Source: Calditrichia bacterium (GTDB lineage Bacteria > Calditrichota > Calditrichia > JAJRVZ01). From it: a DNA stretch of 64,000 nt. Shown here piece by piece: positions 1-10,606 of this stretch (the first letter of the stretch is position 1; the number at the start of each line of letters is the position of its first letter). The notes below the pieces were generated by a model. That model searched no databases. It was given only the letters and a program-made list of their open reading frames with translations, and was not told where the DNA came from. The stretch is taken from NCBI GenBank assembly GCA_963777955.1, contig CAVZSQ010000015.1, positions 64,001 through 128,000 on the forward strand. Reading direction: 5' to 3'. Both the position numbers and the translations under genes were made by a program.

Positions 1-919
1 ATCCGTCTGCGGAGTTTGTCATACCGAGCTCGATGAAATTGAAGGCCGGACGCCTCCGGCTTTTTTCCCGATTGTTTTAGGACATCAGGTGGTAGGCCAT
101 ATTGCCGGGTTGGGTCAGCAGGTTAAAGAGTTTAAAATCGGGGAGAGGGTGGGTGTAGCCTGGATTTATTCCGCCTGTGGAAAATGTGAATTATGCCTGC
201 GTGGTCATGAAAATATTTGTGCCCAATTCAAAGCCACCGGACGCGATGCCCACGGTGGATATGCCGAATACATGCGGAGCAGCCAGTCTTTTATTTACCG
301 GATTCCGGAAATATACGACAATGATGCAGAAGCAGCGCCATTACTCTGTGCGGGTGCTATCGGTTACCGCGCCTTGAACCTTAGCAGAATAGAAAATAAG
401 CAGGTTCTGGGTCTGACCGGTTTTGGCGCGTCGGGGCACCTGGTTTTAAAGATGAGCCGCTATCTTTTTCCGCAGACGCAAATTTTTGTATTTGCCCGAA
501 GTAAACAGGAACAGGATTTTGCCCGGGAACTGGGTGCTGACTGGGTCGGTGACAGCAGTGACCAGCCGCCGGGTAAAGCAAATGCTATCATAGATACCAC
601 GCCGGTATGGAAACCGGTTCTGGATGCTTTAAAAAATTTGCAGAGCGGAGGCCGGTTGATCATCAATGCGATTCGCAAGGAAAACGTGGATCGTGATTAC
701 CTGCTTAATCTGGATTATACCTCCCAGCTCTGGCTGGAAAAAGAGATTAAAAGCGTGGCTAATATTACCAGGACCGATGTCGGCGAATTTCTGAAATTAG
801 CCGCGCTGATTCCCATCAGGCCGGCCTATCAGGAATTTGCACTGTCGCAGGCGAATCAGGCCCTGCGGGAATTAAAACAGCGCAAAATTCGGGGCGCCAA
901 GGTATTAAAGGTCGATTAG
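1..919 (+). CDS. Zinc-binding alcohol dehydrogenase family protein (5' end outside window)
   Basis: Frame open from position 2: CGVCHTELD...LGHQVVG; structural Zn motif CGKCELC...C; APLLCAG; GFGASG Rossmann motif. Confidence 0.9.
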   Translation, partial: SVCGVCHTELDEIEGRTPPAFFPIVLGHQVVGHIAGLGQQVKEFKIGERVGVAWIYSACGKCELCLRGHENICAQFKATGRDAHGGYAEYMRSSQSFIYRIPEIYDNDAEAAPLLCAGAIGYRALNLSRIENKQVLGLTGFGASGHLVLKMSRYLFPQTQIFVFARSKQEQDFARELGADWVGDSSDQPPGKANAIIDTTPVWKPVLDALKNLQSGGRLIINAIRKENVDRDYLLNLDYTSQLWLEKEIKSVANITRTDVGEFLKLAALIPIRPAYQEFALSQANQALRELKQRKIRGAKVLKVD

Positions 920-928
920 AAATTTCTG

Positions 929-957
929 TTGAGAATTTTACCGCAATAACTTATACT
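929..957 (+). promoter_or_regulatory. Putative sigma70 promoter for the FGGY kinase gene
   Basis: TTGAGA-N17-TATACT, 85 nt upstream of the ATG at 1043. Confidence 0.5.
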
Positions 958-1042
958 TGCCGATCATATCATTGTTAATCATTTTTATTATTAATCAAGC
1001 AGCAGTTGAATTTATATTTAACCAGGGGAATGGATAGAAGCT

Positions 1043-2635
1043 ATGAGTAAAACATCTGGACAAAAGTTCATTCTGGCGCACGATATGGGGACCAGTGGCA
1101 CCAAATCGATCCTGATCTCACTTTCCGGAGATATCATCGCTATGGCCAAAGAGACCTATCCGCTGCATCACCCTCAACCCGGTTTTGCTGAACAGGATCC
1201 TGCCGACTGGTGGAAAGCAAGTTGTCTCACCTGCAAATCAGTCATGAAAAACACCCGCACCGATCCGCGGGATGTGGTAGGAATAACCTTTTCCAGTTTA
1301 TCGCAAAATCTGATTCCGGTTACGAGGGAAGGAGAGCCTCTGTATCGCGGCATTACCTGGCTAGATGGCCGGGCGGCTGATATCATGCGGAAAAAGTTAT
1401 GGACTCTGCCGCGCGTCCAGGGCTATAATTTATTCAAGTTACTCAAATTCATAAGAATCACCGGAGGAAGTCCCGGACAGACTGGAAAAGATCAAATCGG
1501 AAAGTTGCTCTGGCTGCAGGAAAATGAACCGAAGGTGTTCAGAAATACCTATAAATTTATCGATACCAAGGATTTTATCATCTACCATCTTACAGGAAAT
1601 TTTGTGACATCGGTTGATGTAGCTGTGCTGTGGTGGTTTCTGGACACGCGGCGCAACCTTAACCAATGGAGTCCGGCATTGTGCCGGCTGGCGAATATTA
1701 CACCCGATCAATTGAGCGAGGTTCGCCAGAGCGCCGAAGTGGTGGGAACTCTTACAGCCAAAGCTGCGGCTGAAACCGGCCTGCTGGCCGGTACACCGGT
1801 ATTTAACGGCGCCAGTGATGTAGCGGCGACGGCAATCGGTGCCGGTGCGCTGGATGACGGAGAAATGTATATTCACATCGGAACCAGCAGTTGGGTCGCG
1901 GGGCATTTTACCAAGCGCAAGATCGACATACCCCATTATACCGGCTGCATTGGCAGTGCCTATCCCCAGAAATATTACCTGGGTATCGCGCACCAGGAAA
2001 CCGCCGGGGCTTGCCTGGAATGGTTGAAAAATAATATTCTTTATCATGAAAAACAACTGATGGCTGAAAGCCAGATCAACGAGATCTTTCAGCTGTTTGA
2101 TCAAATGGCTGAAAAGGTTGGACCGGGCGCCAAGGGTGTGTTATTTACGCCATGGATGTACGGAGAAAGAGCGCCCCTCGACGATGATTATGTACGGGCG
2201 GGATTATTTAATCTTAGTCTGGATCATACCCGCGAACATTTGATCCGGGCCGTACTGGAAGGAGTAGCTTTTAATAACCGCTGGGCTATGGAAACCCTGG
2301 AAAAATTGTATGCTCCGGTAAGTTCGATGAATTTTATCGGCGGAGGGGCTAAAAGCGATATCTGGTGCCAGATCATCGCCGATATAACCAACCGCCAGAT
2401 CAACCAGATCAGCGATCCGCAACAGGCCGGCGCCAAAGGAATGGCCCTGTTAGCCAGTATGACCCTGGGATATATCAAATCGTTCCCGGAGATTAAAAAT
2501 TATATCAAGATAAAAAACAAATTTATTCCCAATCCTGAAAACCGGACTCTATATGACCGCCTGTTCAGAGAATATAAAAATATTTATAAGCATAATAAGG
2601 GCTGGTATAAACGGATGAACAGAACACATCCATAA
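1043..2635 (+). CDS. FGGY-family carbohydrate kinase (xylulokinase-like)
   Basis: AHDMGTSGTK, EQDPADWW, WLDGRA, HIGTS, PWMYGERAP, RAVLEGVAF, GGGAKS motifs. Confidence 0.9.
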   Translation: MSKTSGQKFILAHDMGTSGTKSILISLSGDIIAMAKETYPLHHPQPGFAEQDPADWWKASCLTCKSVMKNTRTDPRDVVGITFSSLSQNLIPVTREGEPLYRGITWLDGRAADIMRKKLWTLPRVQGYNLFKLLKFIRITGGSPGQTGKDQIGKLLWLQENEPKVFRNTYKFIDTKDFIIYHLTGNFVTSVDVAVLWWFLDTRRNLNQWSPALCRLANITPDQLSEVRQSAEVVGTLTAKAAAETGLLAGTPVFNGASDVAATAIGAGALDDGEMYIHIGTSSWVAGHFTKRKIDIPHYTGCIGSAYPQKYYLGIAHQETAGACLEWLKNNILYHEKQLMAESQINEIFQLFDQMAEKVGPGAKGVLFTPWMYGERAPLDDDYVRAGLFNLSLDHTREHLIRAVLEGVAFNNRWAMETLEKLYAPVSSMNFIGGGAKSDIWCQIIADITNRQINQISDPQQAGAKGMALLASMTLGYIKSFPEIKNYIKIKNKFIPNPENRTLYDRLFREYKNIYKHNKGWYKRMNRTHP

Positions 2636-2682
2636 ATTAGTGCTTAAATCTCACCACCTAAAGCAGGTGCAAAGCAGGTATT

Positions 2683-3564
2683 ATGTTCTTTAAACATGCA
2701 GACACATTCCCTGATCAGAATATAACTGATTTCTGCGCCGCCGGCGCCTCGGTAACTGAAGAAATGATTCCTACCAGTGTAAATGTGGCCCTGCGCGTCG
2801 TGACCTTTACTCCTCCCGGGAAACCCAAATATCCTCCGGTGTTGTTCGTACCCGGCTGGGTCTCGCAGATGTTTGGCTGGAAAGAAGTTCTGCTGGAGAT
2901 GACCGGGGATTTCAAGATCTATTATGTCGAGACCAGGGAAAAGATCAGTTCACAGGTGCGGGGCCGGGCCAGGTATGATGTGGAATCGATCGGTCTGGAT
3001 ATTGTCACCTTGATTGAAAGATTTAATTTTAAACAGCAGGATTACATCCTTTTTGGCAGTTCGCTGGGTGGAACGAGCATCCTTGACCTATATCGTTACC
3101 TGAAGGAAAAACCGTGCTGTCTGGTTCTGGTCGGACCGAACGCAGTCTTTCGCATACCAAAGATCTGGATATATATCATTAAAATGTTCTATCCCGGTAT
3201 GTATGATTTGATCAGACCTCCGGTGAAATGGTATCTGCGGAAATTTCGTCTCGATCTGAACAGTGATTATGAACAGTATGAAAAATATTGCCGGGCTATC
3301 GATTCAGGCGACCCCTGGAAACTAAAAAAGGGGGTTCTGTCGCTTTACAGGTACGAAATCTGGGATTTGCTCAAAGATATCGATATTCCCACCCTGATGA
3401 TCGGTGCTTCTAAAGATAAACTGCATGAACCGGATAACCTGCGTAAAATGGTTCGCCTGATGCCCGCGGCTACTTATCTGGATCTGGAGACCAATAAAAT
3501 AACCCATAGCAGGAGAATGGTCGCAGAAATGCGGAAATATCTGGACGCGCTCCTTCACCATTGA
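2683..3564 (+). CDS. Alpha/beta hydrolase
   Basis: VLFVPGW oxyanion loop, GSSLGG nucleophile elbow, C-terminal Asp/His (KDKLH, ITH). Confidence 0.75.
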   Translation: MFFKHADTFPDQNITDFCAAGASVTEEMIPTSVNVALRVVTFTPPGKPKYPPVLFVPGWVSQMFGWKEVLLEMTGDFKIYYVETREKISSQVRGRARYDVESIGLDIVTLIERFNFKQQDYILFGSSLGGTSILDLYRYLKEKPCCLVLVGPNAVFRIPKIWIYIIKMFYPGMYDLIRPPVKWYLRKFRLDLNSDYEQYEKYCRAIDSGDPWKLKKGVLSLYRYEIWDLLKDIDIPTLMIGASKDKLHEPDNLRKMVRLMPAATYLDLETNKITHSRRMVAEMRKYLDALLHH

Positions 3565-3658
3565 GTTAAAGTAGTTAACAATTTCTTAGATCGTTGATCT
3601 ACATCACAATTATTCAGTTGAAATAGAATAAATTAGGCGAAAATCAAAAGGGGAAAAT

Positions 3659-4432
3659 ATGCGGAAGATTATCGTCCTGGTAGTTATATGTTTTTTTATG
3701 ATTTTAATCGGCTGTAAAGAAGATTCCACTTCCGCCGTGGATAACGGCAGGCTGCGAATATATCTCACCGATGCACCGGCTGTATATGACTCGGTAAACA
3801 TCACCTTTACTGAAGTAAGCGCACATTTCGATTCTGCCTGGATCAGTGTGATGACCGAGCCGGTAACATATGATTTACTCGATTTAAGCGGCGGAAAATT
3901 TGAGGTTCTGGGCGGTGCGGACGTACCGGCCGGTCATTATACTCAAATCCGGATTAAAATTGATGCTGCAGAGATTGGAGTCGACGGGAATGTATATCCG
4001 CTGGAAGTGCCAAGCGGAGCACAAACCGGATTGAAATTCGGACCTCAATTTACTATTGCCGCCGGTTCTACCTATGAATTAGTGGTGGATTTTGATGTAA
4101 ACCGTTCTATTGTGGTGACCGGTCCAGGCAGTAATCCCACTGGATATAAATTAAAGCCGCATTTAAGGGTAGTGGCAAAAGCAGTAGCTGGTTCGATATC
4201 CGGGCAGGTAACCAATCCGGAAAATATTCCGGTAGCCTATGCCATACAGGGCTCGGATACTGTCACCAGTGCAGCGATAAATATGGCGGATAGCACGTTT
4301 GTACTTGGTTTTCTGCCGGAAGGATTGTACACGGTGTCAGTACGGGATACTCTGGATCATTCGTTCACTCAGGATAATATTGAGGTAAACGCAGGTGCTG
4401 ATAATGATCTAGGAGTGCTACTCCTGCAATAG
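3659..4432 (+). CDS. DUF4382-domain lipoprotein with C-terminal beta-sandwich
   Basis: Lipobox LIGC; LRIYLTDAP, YDLLDL, VPSGAQTGLK, VDFDVNRSIV, YKLKP motifs. Confidence 0.8.
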   Translation: MRKIIVLVVICFFMILIGCKEDSTSAVDNGRLRIYLTDAPAVYDSVNITFTEVSAHFDSAWISVMTEPVTYDLLDLSGGKFEVLGGADVPAGHYTQIRIKIDAAEIGVDGNVYPLEVPSGAQTGLKFGPQFTIAAGSTYELVVDFDVNRSIVVTGPGSNPTGYKLKPHLRVVAKAVAGSISGQVTNPENIPVAYAIQGSDTVTSAAINMADSTFVLGFLPEGLYTVSVRDTLDHSFTQDNIEVNAGADNDLGVLLLQ

Positions 4433-4467
4433 AATTATCTTTCAAACTTAACAGACAAACTTCAAAT

Positions 4468-4512
4468 AAAAGGTTGTGTTTTCTGAAAAGAGAGCACAAC
4501 CTTTTTGTTTTT
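4468..4512 (+). terminator. Rho-independent terminator
   Basis: GGTTGTGTTTTCT-GAAA-AGAGAGCACAACC stem (two G-U pairs) followed by TTTTTGTTTTT. Confidence 0.8.
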
Positions 4513-4687
4513 AGGGACTACTTCGATCAGACCGCTACAGATTTAAAAATAAATTTGCATCCTCAGTAAAGTTATAGCTAAATTACAAATTTAAATGTAA
4601 TTACCAATTCAATACCAATTAAACAATTTAGTTTAACTGTGTATATGGAATTAACTTATATTCAAAAAATGATAACCTGAGGAATGA

Positions 4688-5785
4688 ATGAAGAAGAGGA
4701 TTTTAGTTATTACCGGTGGAGGCGATTGCCCGGGTTTAAATGCAGTCATTCGGGCCATTGTCAAACGTGCCACGCAGGAGCGGGATTGGGAAGTCGTGGG
4801 TAGTTATGAAGCATTCAATGGCATTCTCAGAGAACCGATGGAACTAATCATATTAGATGAGAAAAAGGTATCCGGAATTCATGTCAAAGGCGGAACTATT
4901 ATCGGGACAACCAACAAGGGCGGACCTTTCGCCTGGCCGATCAAGAATAAAGACGGCAGCTGGGGCTCGGTTGACCGTTCGGATGAATTATTGCGTAAAC
5001 TGCAATATCAGAATATTGAAGCAGTGATTAACATCGGTGGGGAAGGATCACAACAAATATCACAGGCACTATATGAAAAAGGATGCAATATCATCGGTGT
5101 GCCTAAAACTATCGATAACGATCTGGCCGGAACTGATTTCACGTTCGGTTTTCAGACCGCCGCCGAGATTGCCACGGATGCAGTCGATAAACTGGTAACT
5201 ACCGCCGAGAGTCACAACAGAATTTTTATTCTGGAAGTCATGGGCCGTGGTGCCGGATGGATCTCCCTGCACGCCTCGGTTGCCGGCGGAGCGGAGATCT
5301 GCCTGATTCCTGAAATTCCCTACGATGTAGATGTGGTCATGGAACGCATCCATGAGCGCATGCCCATGGGGCGTGGATTTGTGAATATCGTGATTGCTGA
5401 AGGGGCCAAACCAATCGGAGGTGCAGCGGTAGTAACTAAAAGCGATGAAATAGGATATCAAAATCTCCGCCTGGGCGGGGCCGGACTTCGTCTGGAACAG
5501 GAATTGAAACAGGCCGGCTGTGAGGAAGATATTCGTGTCTCAATCCTCGGCCATCTGCAGCGCGGTGGAATACCCAATGCTTATGACCGGGTTCTGGCTA
5601 CCCAATTCGGAGTCAAAGCCTTTGAAATGGTACTGGCGCAGGATTATGGCAAGATGGTTGCCTATAAACATCCGCTGATTACAGCGATACCCATCAAGGA
5701 CGTCATCTCAGCTTACAATGTAATAAAAATGGATGATCAGTTGTTACGAACAGCCCGTGGTATTGGTATCTGTATGGGGGATTGA
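4688..5785 (+). CDS. pfkA: 6-phosphofructokinase (PfkA family)
   Basis: TGGGDCPGLN, GGTIIGT, IGGEGS, PKTIDND, EVMGR, LGHLQRGG. Confidence 0.93.
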   Translation: MKKRILVITGGGDCPGLNAVIRAIVKRATQERDWEVVGSYEAFNGILREPMELIILDEKKVSGIHVKGGTIIGTTNKGGPFAWPIKNKDGSWGSVDRSDELLRKLQYQNIEAVINIGGEGSQQISQALYEKGCNIIGVPKTIDNDLAGTDFTFGFQTAAEIATDAVDKLVTTAESHNRIFILEVMGRGAGWISLHASVAGGAEICLIPEIPYDVDVVMERIHERMPMGRGFVNIVIAEGAKPIGGAAVVTKSDEIGYQNLRLGGAGLRLEQELKQAGCEEDIRVSILGHLQRGGIPNAYDRVLATQFGVKAFEMVLAQDYGKMVAYKHPLITAIPIKDVISAYNVIKMDDQLLRTARGIGICMGD

Positions 5786-5796
5786 GCATTGCGGAT

Positions 5797-6567
5797 TTAA
5801 TACCGCTGCGCAGTTATACCAGATTGCGCCAGTTCATCAACCAGCGGCTGCAGGTCATCACCACTGAGTTTAGTAATCTGTTTTGAGGGATAGCCACGAT
5901 CCAGACTATATATCTGAACCATAAGCGGGCGAATGAATATTATCGACCGGATCCAGGTTTTTAAATGATCCGGGGAAAAATTGCCGGACCTTCCAGCGGT
6001 AAAAAGAGCCTGTATAGTAATGTTTTTCATGGTCGCCAGCAGGTGAATCATTTGCCGGAGATTAAAGGGAATTATTGGCCGGTTATATTGCCTGTACAAA
6101 TCCTCTGCGGCGCAATCCAACTTGATGATTTTAAGATCTAATTTGTCCAGGGCAGCCTGAATATGAGGTTGCCCGATGCGGGTTCCATTACTCAGAATGG
6201 CAGTTCTGGCAGCAGGGCAGTATTTATTTCGTAAATTTATCACCGCATTTACCAAGTCCGGGAAATCAGGATGCAGGGTGGCTTCGCCATTACCGGAAAA
6301 GGTCAGGTAATCCAACCTGCAGGGGTCATTGCTTAATCTTGATTCCAACCCCTGAATAATCGATTCAATCGAAAAAAAATTCGTTATCTGGTTTATTTTC
6401 TCGACCTTTATTCTGGTATAGCCATACTGGCAGTAAAGGCAATTCAAACTACAGATTTTAGTATTTGCCGTCAGAACATTAATTCCCAGAGATTTTCCTA
6501 ACCGCCTGGAATTAACCGGCCCATAAACTACATCATTTTTCAAAGGTAATATCTTGTTATTGCTCAT
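5797..6567 (-). CDS. Radical SAM protein (COG0731-like)
   Basis: YGPVNSRRLGKSLGIN, CSLNCLYC (CX3CX2C), TFSGNGEATLHP. Confidence 0.85.
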   Translation of the reverse strand: MSNNKILPLKNDVVYGPVNSRRLGKSLGINVLTANTKICSLNCLYCQYGYTRIKVEKINQITNFFSIESIIQGLESRLSNDPCRLDYLTFSGNGEATLHPDFPDLVNAVINLRNKYCPAARTAILSNGTRIGQPHIQAALDKLDLKIIKLDCAAEDLYRQYNRPIIPFNLRQMIHLLATMKNITIQALFTAGRSGNFSPDHLKTWIRSIIFIRPLMVQIYSLDRGYPSKQITKLSGDDLQPLVDELAQSGITAQRY

Positions 6568-6628
6568 GATAAATAGTTTTTCAACTTATACTTTAATTAT
6601 TACTATTATTTCAATTATTACATTAGAT

Positions 6629-8098
6629 TTATATCTTTAAAATGGCCTGGCCTAATCTCTTGATACCTTTGCGGATTTCTTCCTCGTTCAGTGTGGCGAT
6701 GGATAAGCGCAGGTATTTTTTAGGATGCATTCTGGCAAAGTAAAACTCGCCTGGAGAGGCTGAAACTCCATGCTGATTCAGTACATTTTGCAGGTGGGTT
6801 TTACTGTGATAGTCCCGGGCCAGTTCCAGCCAGATGGTATACCCCCCTTCAGGACGGGTCCATTTTACATTATCAGGCATGAATTCCGCCAGGGCCTGGA
6901 ATGCGCTTTGCATTCGTCTGCGGTAGATCCGGTGCATTCTTTTAATATGAATATTATAATAACCCTGGCGGCAAAAATGATTCAGGGCAGCCTGGGTCAA
7001 GGTATTGCAGGAAAGATCACAAAAACGCCTGATGGCGGTCAGGCGTTCGATGCATTCTTTATCCGCGACAATCCAGCCAACTCGGATGCCGGGGAATAAA
7101 ACCTTGGAAAATGTGCCCATATAGAGTACGATACGATTTCTGTCCATTGATTTTATCGGCAGGGCGACTTTACCAAAATATTTCATTTCTTCTTCAAAAC
7201 CATCCTCGACCAACGGCAGATTATTGTTTTCACATATTGCCAATAATTTTTCACGATGATTTTGACTGGTGGTAATTCCGGTTGGATTTTGAAAATTGGG
7301 AATGGTATATAAAAAGGCAGGTCGCTCAGCGCGGATCGCTTTTTCCAGAGCGTCAAGATCTAAGCCATCATTCTTCATCTCGATCTCAACCGGTTCCACC
7401 CGGTAGAATAAAAAAAGAGGAATGGCCAGGGCGTATGTCGGTGCTTCCACGAGAACTTTTTTGCCCGCTATAGTGAACATCTTTAAAATAAGATCAAGTG
7501 CCTGTTGTGAACCATTGGTGATCAGGATCTCTTCCGGGACAGCGGCGATACCATGTATCTGCATGCGTTGAGCGATAAATTCCCGTAAGGGATAATATCC
7601 TGCATAATCACCATATTCCAGTACTTTGTGGCCTTCATTGACCAGCACCTGGTTCAGGCATCGTCTGAAATCGGTTGCCGGCATCAGGCGGTGATCCATA
7701 TCCAACCGGGAAAAATTTATACAATCCCGGCTGCCGTTGCTTTTTTCCGATCTGAAGGTATGGAAAAGTGAAAACAGTTCATCGCTCTGGCGATTGGCGC
7801 TGCCGGACCAATTGATCAGGCCCCGGTGAAAATCATGGTGCAGTGTGACAGTCTTTTTCCGTTTCCGAACCGTCATATAGGAACCAGGCCTGCTTTCCAG
7901 GTAACCGAAAGCCTGTAATTCCTGGTAGGCGCGGTATACTGTCGACCGGTTCAGCCCTAATTTAACAGCCAGTTCGCGGCTGGCCGGGATGCGTTCACCG
8001 GGCTGGATTGTCTCTTTGTCGATCAGATCGGAAATTTGAGTGATGATCTGCCGGTAGATAGGGGTGCTGCTTGAGGATTCAATTTTCAGCAATAACAT
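6629..8098 (-). CDS. MocR/GabR-type GntR regulator with PLP-aminotransferase domain
   Basis: N-terminal wHTH (PIYRQI, PASRELA, NRSTVYRAY); ITNGSQQAL, PNFQNPTG, GTFSKVLFPGIRVGW. Confidence 0.92.
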   Translation of the reverse strand: MLLLKIESSSSTPIYRQIITQISDLIDKETIQPGERIPASRELAVKLGLNRSTVYRAYQELQAFGYLESRPGSYMTVRKRKKTVTLHHDFHRGLINWSGSANRQSDELFSLFHTFRSEKSNGSRDCINFSRLDMDHRLMPATDFRRCLNQVLVNEGHKVLEYGDYAGYYPLREFIAQRMQIHGIAAVPEEILITNGSQQALDLILKMFTIAGKKVLVEAPTYALAIPLFLFYRVEPVEIEMKNDGLDLDALEKAIRAERPAFLYTIPNFQNPTGITTSQNHREKLLAICENNNLPLVEDGFEEEMKYFGKVALPIKSMDRNRIVLYMGTFSKVLFPGIRVGWIVADKECIERLTAIRRFCDLSCNTLTQAALNHFCRQGYYNIHIKRMHRIYRRRMQSAFQALAEFMPDNVKWTRPEGGYTIWLELARDYHSKTHLQNVLNQHGVSASPGEFYFARMHPKKYLRLSIATLNEEEIRKGIKRLGQAILKI

Positions 8099-8123
8099 AC
8101 ATTCTCCTGTTGACTATTCATTA

Positions 8124-8158
8124 TATGTAGGGACAATCCCTAGGATTGTCCCTACATA
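8124..8158. repeat. Perfect palindrome, GTAG-type REP-like
   Basis: TATGTAGGGACAATCC-CTA-GGATTGTCCCTACATA; 16-bp perfect arms. Confidence 0.8.
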
Positions 8159-8255
8159 AATAGTAGCATTAATATAGGAGAATGATTGGCTGTTGTAAAC
8201 TACCAATTCCGTGATTTTCTTAACCAGCCAATTTAGGGGATTTAAGGTGTTTTTT

Positions 8256-9522
8256 CTATTTTGCTCTGACCCAGCGGGCGATTTCGGGTAAAGTCGGACG
8301 CTTGCCGTGCATCAACATACCCACCCGGTAGATTTTTGCCGAAATCCACATGCATAGTAAAACAGTCAAAATCAATAGGACTATGGAACCCCAGACTTGC
8401 CAGAGCGGGTGGTGCGGATATGTTCACTCTGGCAAACATCAGGATCGGACTGAAGAAGGGGATGAGGGAAAGAATAACCGAAGTCGTGCTGTCCGGATTT
8501 TTAGTGATGAAAGTCATGACCAGGATAGGAATAATGATCAGGAATACCACCGGCATTGACATTTGTTGGGCTTCCTGGTCTGTACTGGCCAGTGCACCGA
8601 TTCCGGCATAGATGCAGGCGAATAAAAAGTAACCCAGTAAGAAAAACAGGACGAAATAAATAAAGACATAGGGGGAAATGGTGGTCAGACCGCTGGGCAA
8701 AGCCGTCATGCTGGTACCGAAAAGCAGCAGTCCTATGGCCAGCAGTGACCAGATCAGATATTGCGTAAGTCCGACACTGCCCAGCCCCAGAATTTTTCCT
8801 ACCATGAGTTGGAAAGAATTCGCTGATGAAAGCAGGATTTCAATTACTCGCGAATTTTTCTCCTGCAATACCCCGCGCATGATCGAAACTCCATAAATAA
8901 TGATGGTCATATACAGGATAAAGACCATGGCGAATGTGGAAAAATATTCCTGGATAAATCCGCTCTCTTTTTCCTCTTCACCTTTTTTAATTTTAAAAGT
9001 TTTCATCTCGGTAGTACGGGTCAGCAGGTTGATGGTCGCCGGATCGATACCGCTCTGATGAATCCGGTAATCGATCAAAATATCGTCGATGGCGCTTTGT
9101 ATCTGCTGGTTGAGGTCGAAATCACCCACATTGCGGGCATAAAATTCTACCCGCGGTGTATCGATTACCTGGGCCGGAATGAATATAAATCCATCAAGTT
9201 CTGCGGAGTCCACCCGCAATCTTAATTCTTCTTTTTGCTTTTCAAAAGCGGTTTGCTGATCTGCCACCAGCGGGAATTGAAACTTTGGTTGTCCATTCGA
9301 TAGTTTAATGTCAAGTTTTTTCGGCAACTCGTTCACAAACAGACCGGAATGATCCACCAGGGCCACATTGTAACTGCTTTCGACATCCATCCGGACGAGC
9401 AGGGTAGGTACGAAAACCAGGGCCAGCATGAGCACCGGTGTCAGAAGTGTCGTAATAATAAAACTCTTTTTGTATACGCTTTCCTTATACTCGCGTTTTA
9501 TGATCGTCATTATCTTAGACAT
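8256..9522 (-). CDS. ABC-2 type transporter permease (NatB/YhaP-like); apparent frameshift near 8400
   Basis: KREY N-terminus, [32 protein letters not shown]; the conserved tail [14 protein letters not shown] lies in another frame ending at 8256. Confidence 0.85.
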
Positions 9523-10421
9523 GTGTTTTTCTCCCTACGACTTCAATGAAGATATCGTTCAGACTGGATTCGGTGGTTTGAAAACGGCGTACTTCAATTT
9601 TATCAATCAGCGCCTGGAGCAACTGTTTAGAGGTGTTTTCTTTGCGCAAACGGATATCGACATAATTTCCATAGTTATCTATTTTTTCAATCATCTTTAG
9701 TGTCTTCAGAAATTGAATGTCGCCGTCATACTCTAATTGTATGGCATTGCTGCCATACTGTTTCTTGATGCCGACTAAGTCGCCATCCAGAACTTTTTCA
9801 CCCTTATCGATCAGCAGGATATCATCGCAGATCTTTTCCGCTACTTCCATCTGGTGAGTGGAGAACATGATCGCACGGTTATCCGCTTTCAATTCCAGCA
9901 TGATATTTTTCATCATCTGGGTATTGATCGGATCCAGTCCGGCGAAAGGTTCATCCAGGATAATCAGGTCAGGCCGATGCATGATGGTACCGATGAACTG
10001 TATTTTTTGCTGCATACCCTTGGATAAATCTTCCACTTTCTTCTGTTCCCAGGTATCAAGTTCGACCCGCTTTAACCATGCTCTGCTGCGGGCTGCGGCT
10101 TCGCCTGCTGACAATTCATGCAACTCGCCAAGAAATACCAGCATATCCAGAACTTTCATCTTTGGCATACAATCCGCGTTCTTCGGGCAGGTATCCGATC
10201 CGGCGTTTGAGGTCGTCATTCATACTCTGACCAAATAGTCTGATCTGGCCGCTGTCCGGCAATAGAATATTCATGATCATGCGGATGGTCGTGGTCTTAC
10301 CGGCCCCATTCGGACCAAGTACTCCATAGATGCGGCCTGTTTCCACGCTAAAATTGATATCGCGTACAGCCTGTACCTTACCAAAAGATTTTGATACACT
10401 CTCAATTTCAAGTACGGTCAT
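9515..10421 (-). CDS. ABC transporter ATP-binding protein (NatA/YhaQ-like); apparent frameshift near 10170
   Basis: GPNGAGKTT and YLPEERGLY in ORF 10116-10421; LSKGMQQK, LDEPFAGLDP, STH in ORF 9515-10219. Confidence 0.88.
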
Positions 10422-10606
10422 AATCTGCTCCTGCAGGATAAAAATAGGTCTGCTAAAATTGTCTGGTAAATACGTAGTCAGTAAATAAAAGATTCATTAT
10501 AATTCAATTCAAAATCAGATACAAGTTATTTATATACACCGCCCTGATAAAGTCATTGAATAAACTGATATTTATGATTAAGTTAGCAATTATTTTGAGT
10601 GAGTAT

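Noticed and set aside
5035..5049. PfkA GGEGS instead of GGDGS
   Set aside because: Conservative variant; all other catalytic motifs are intact.
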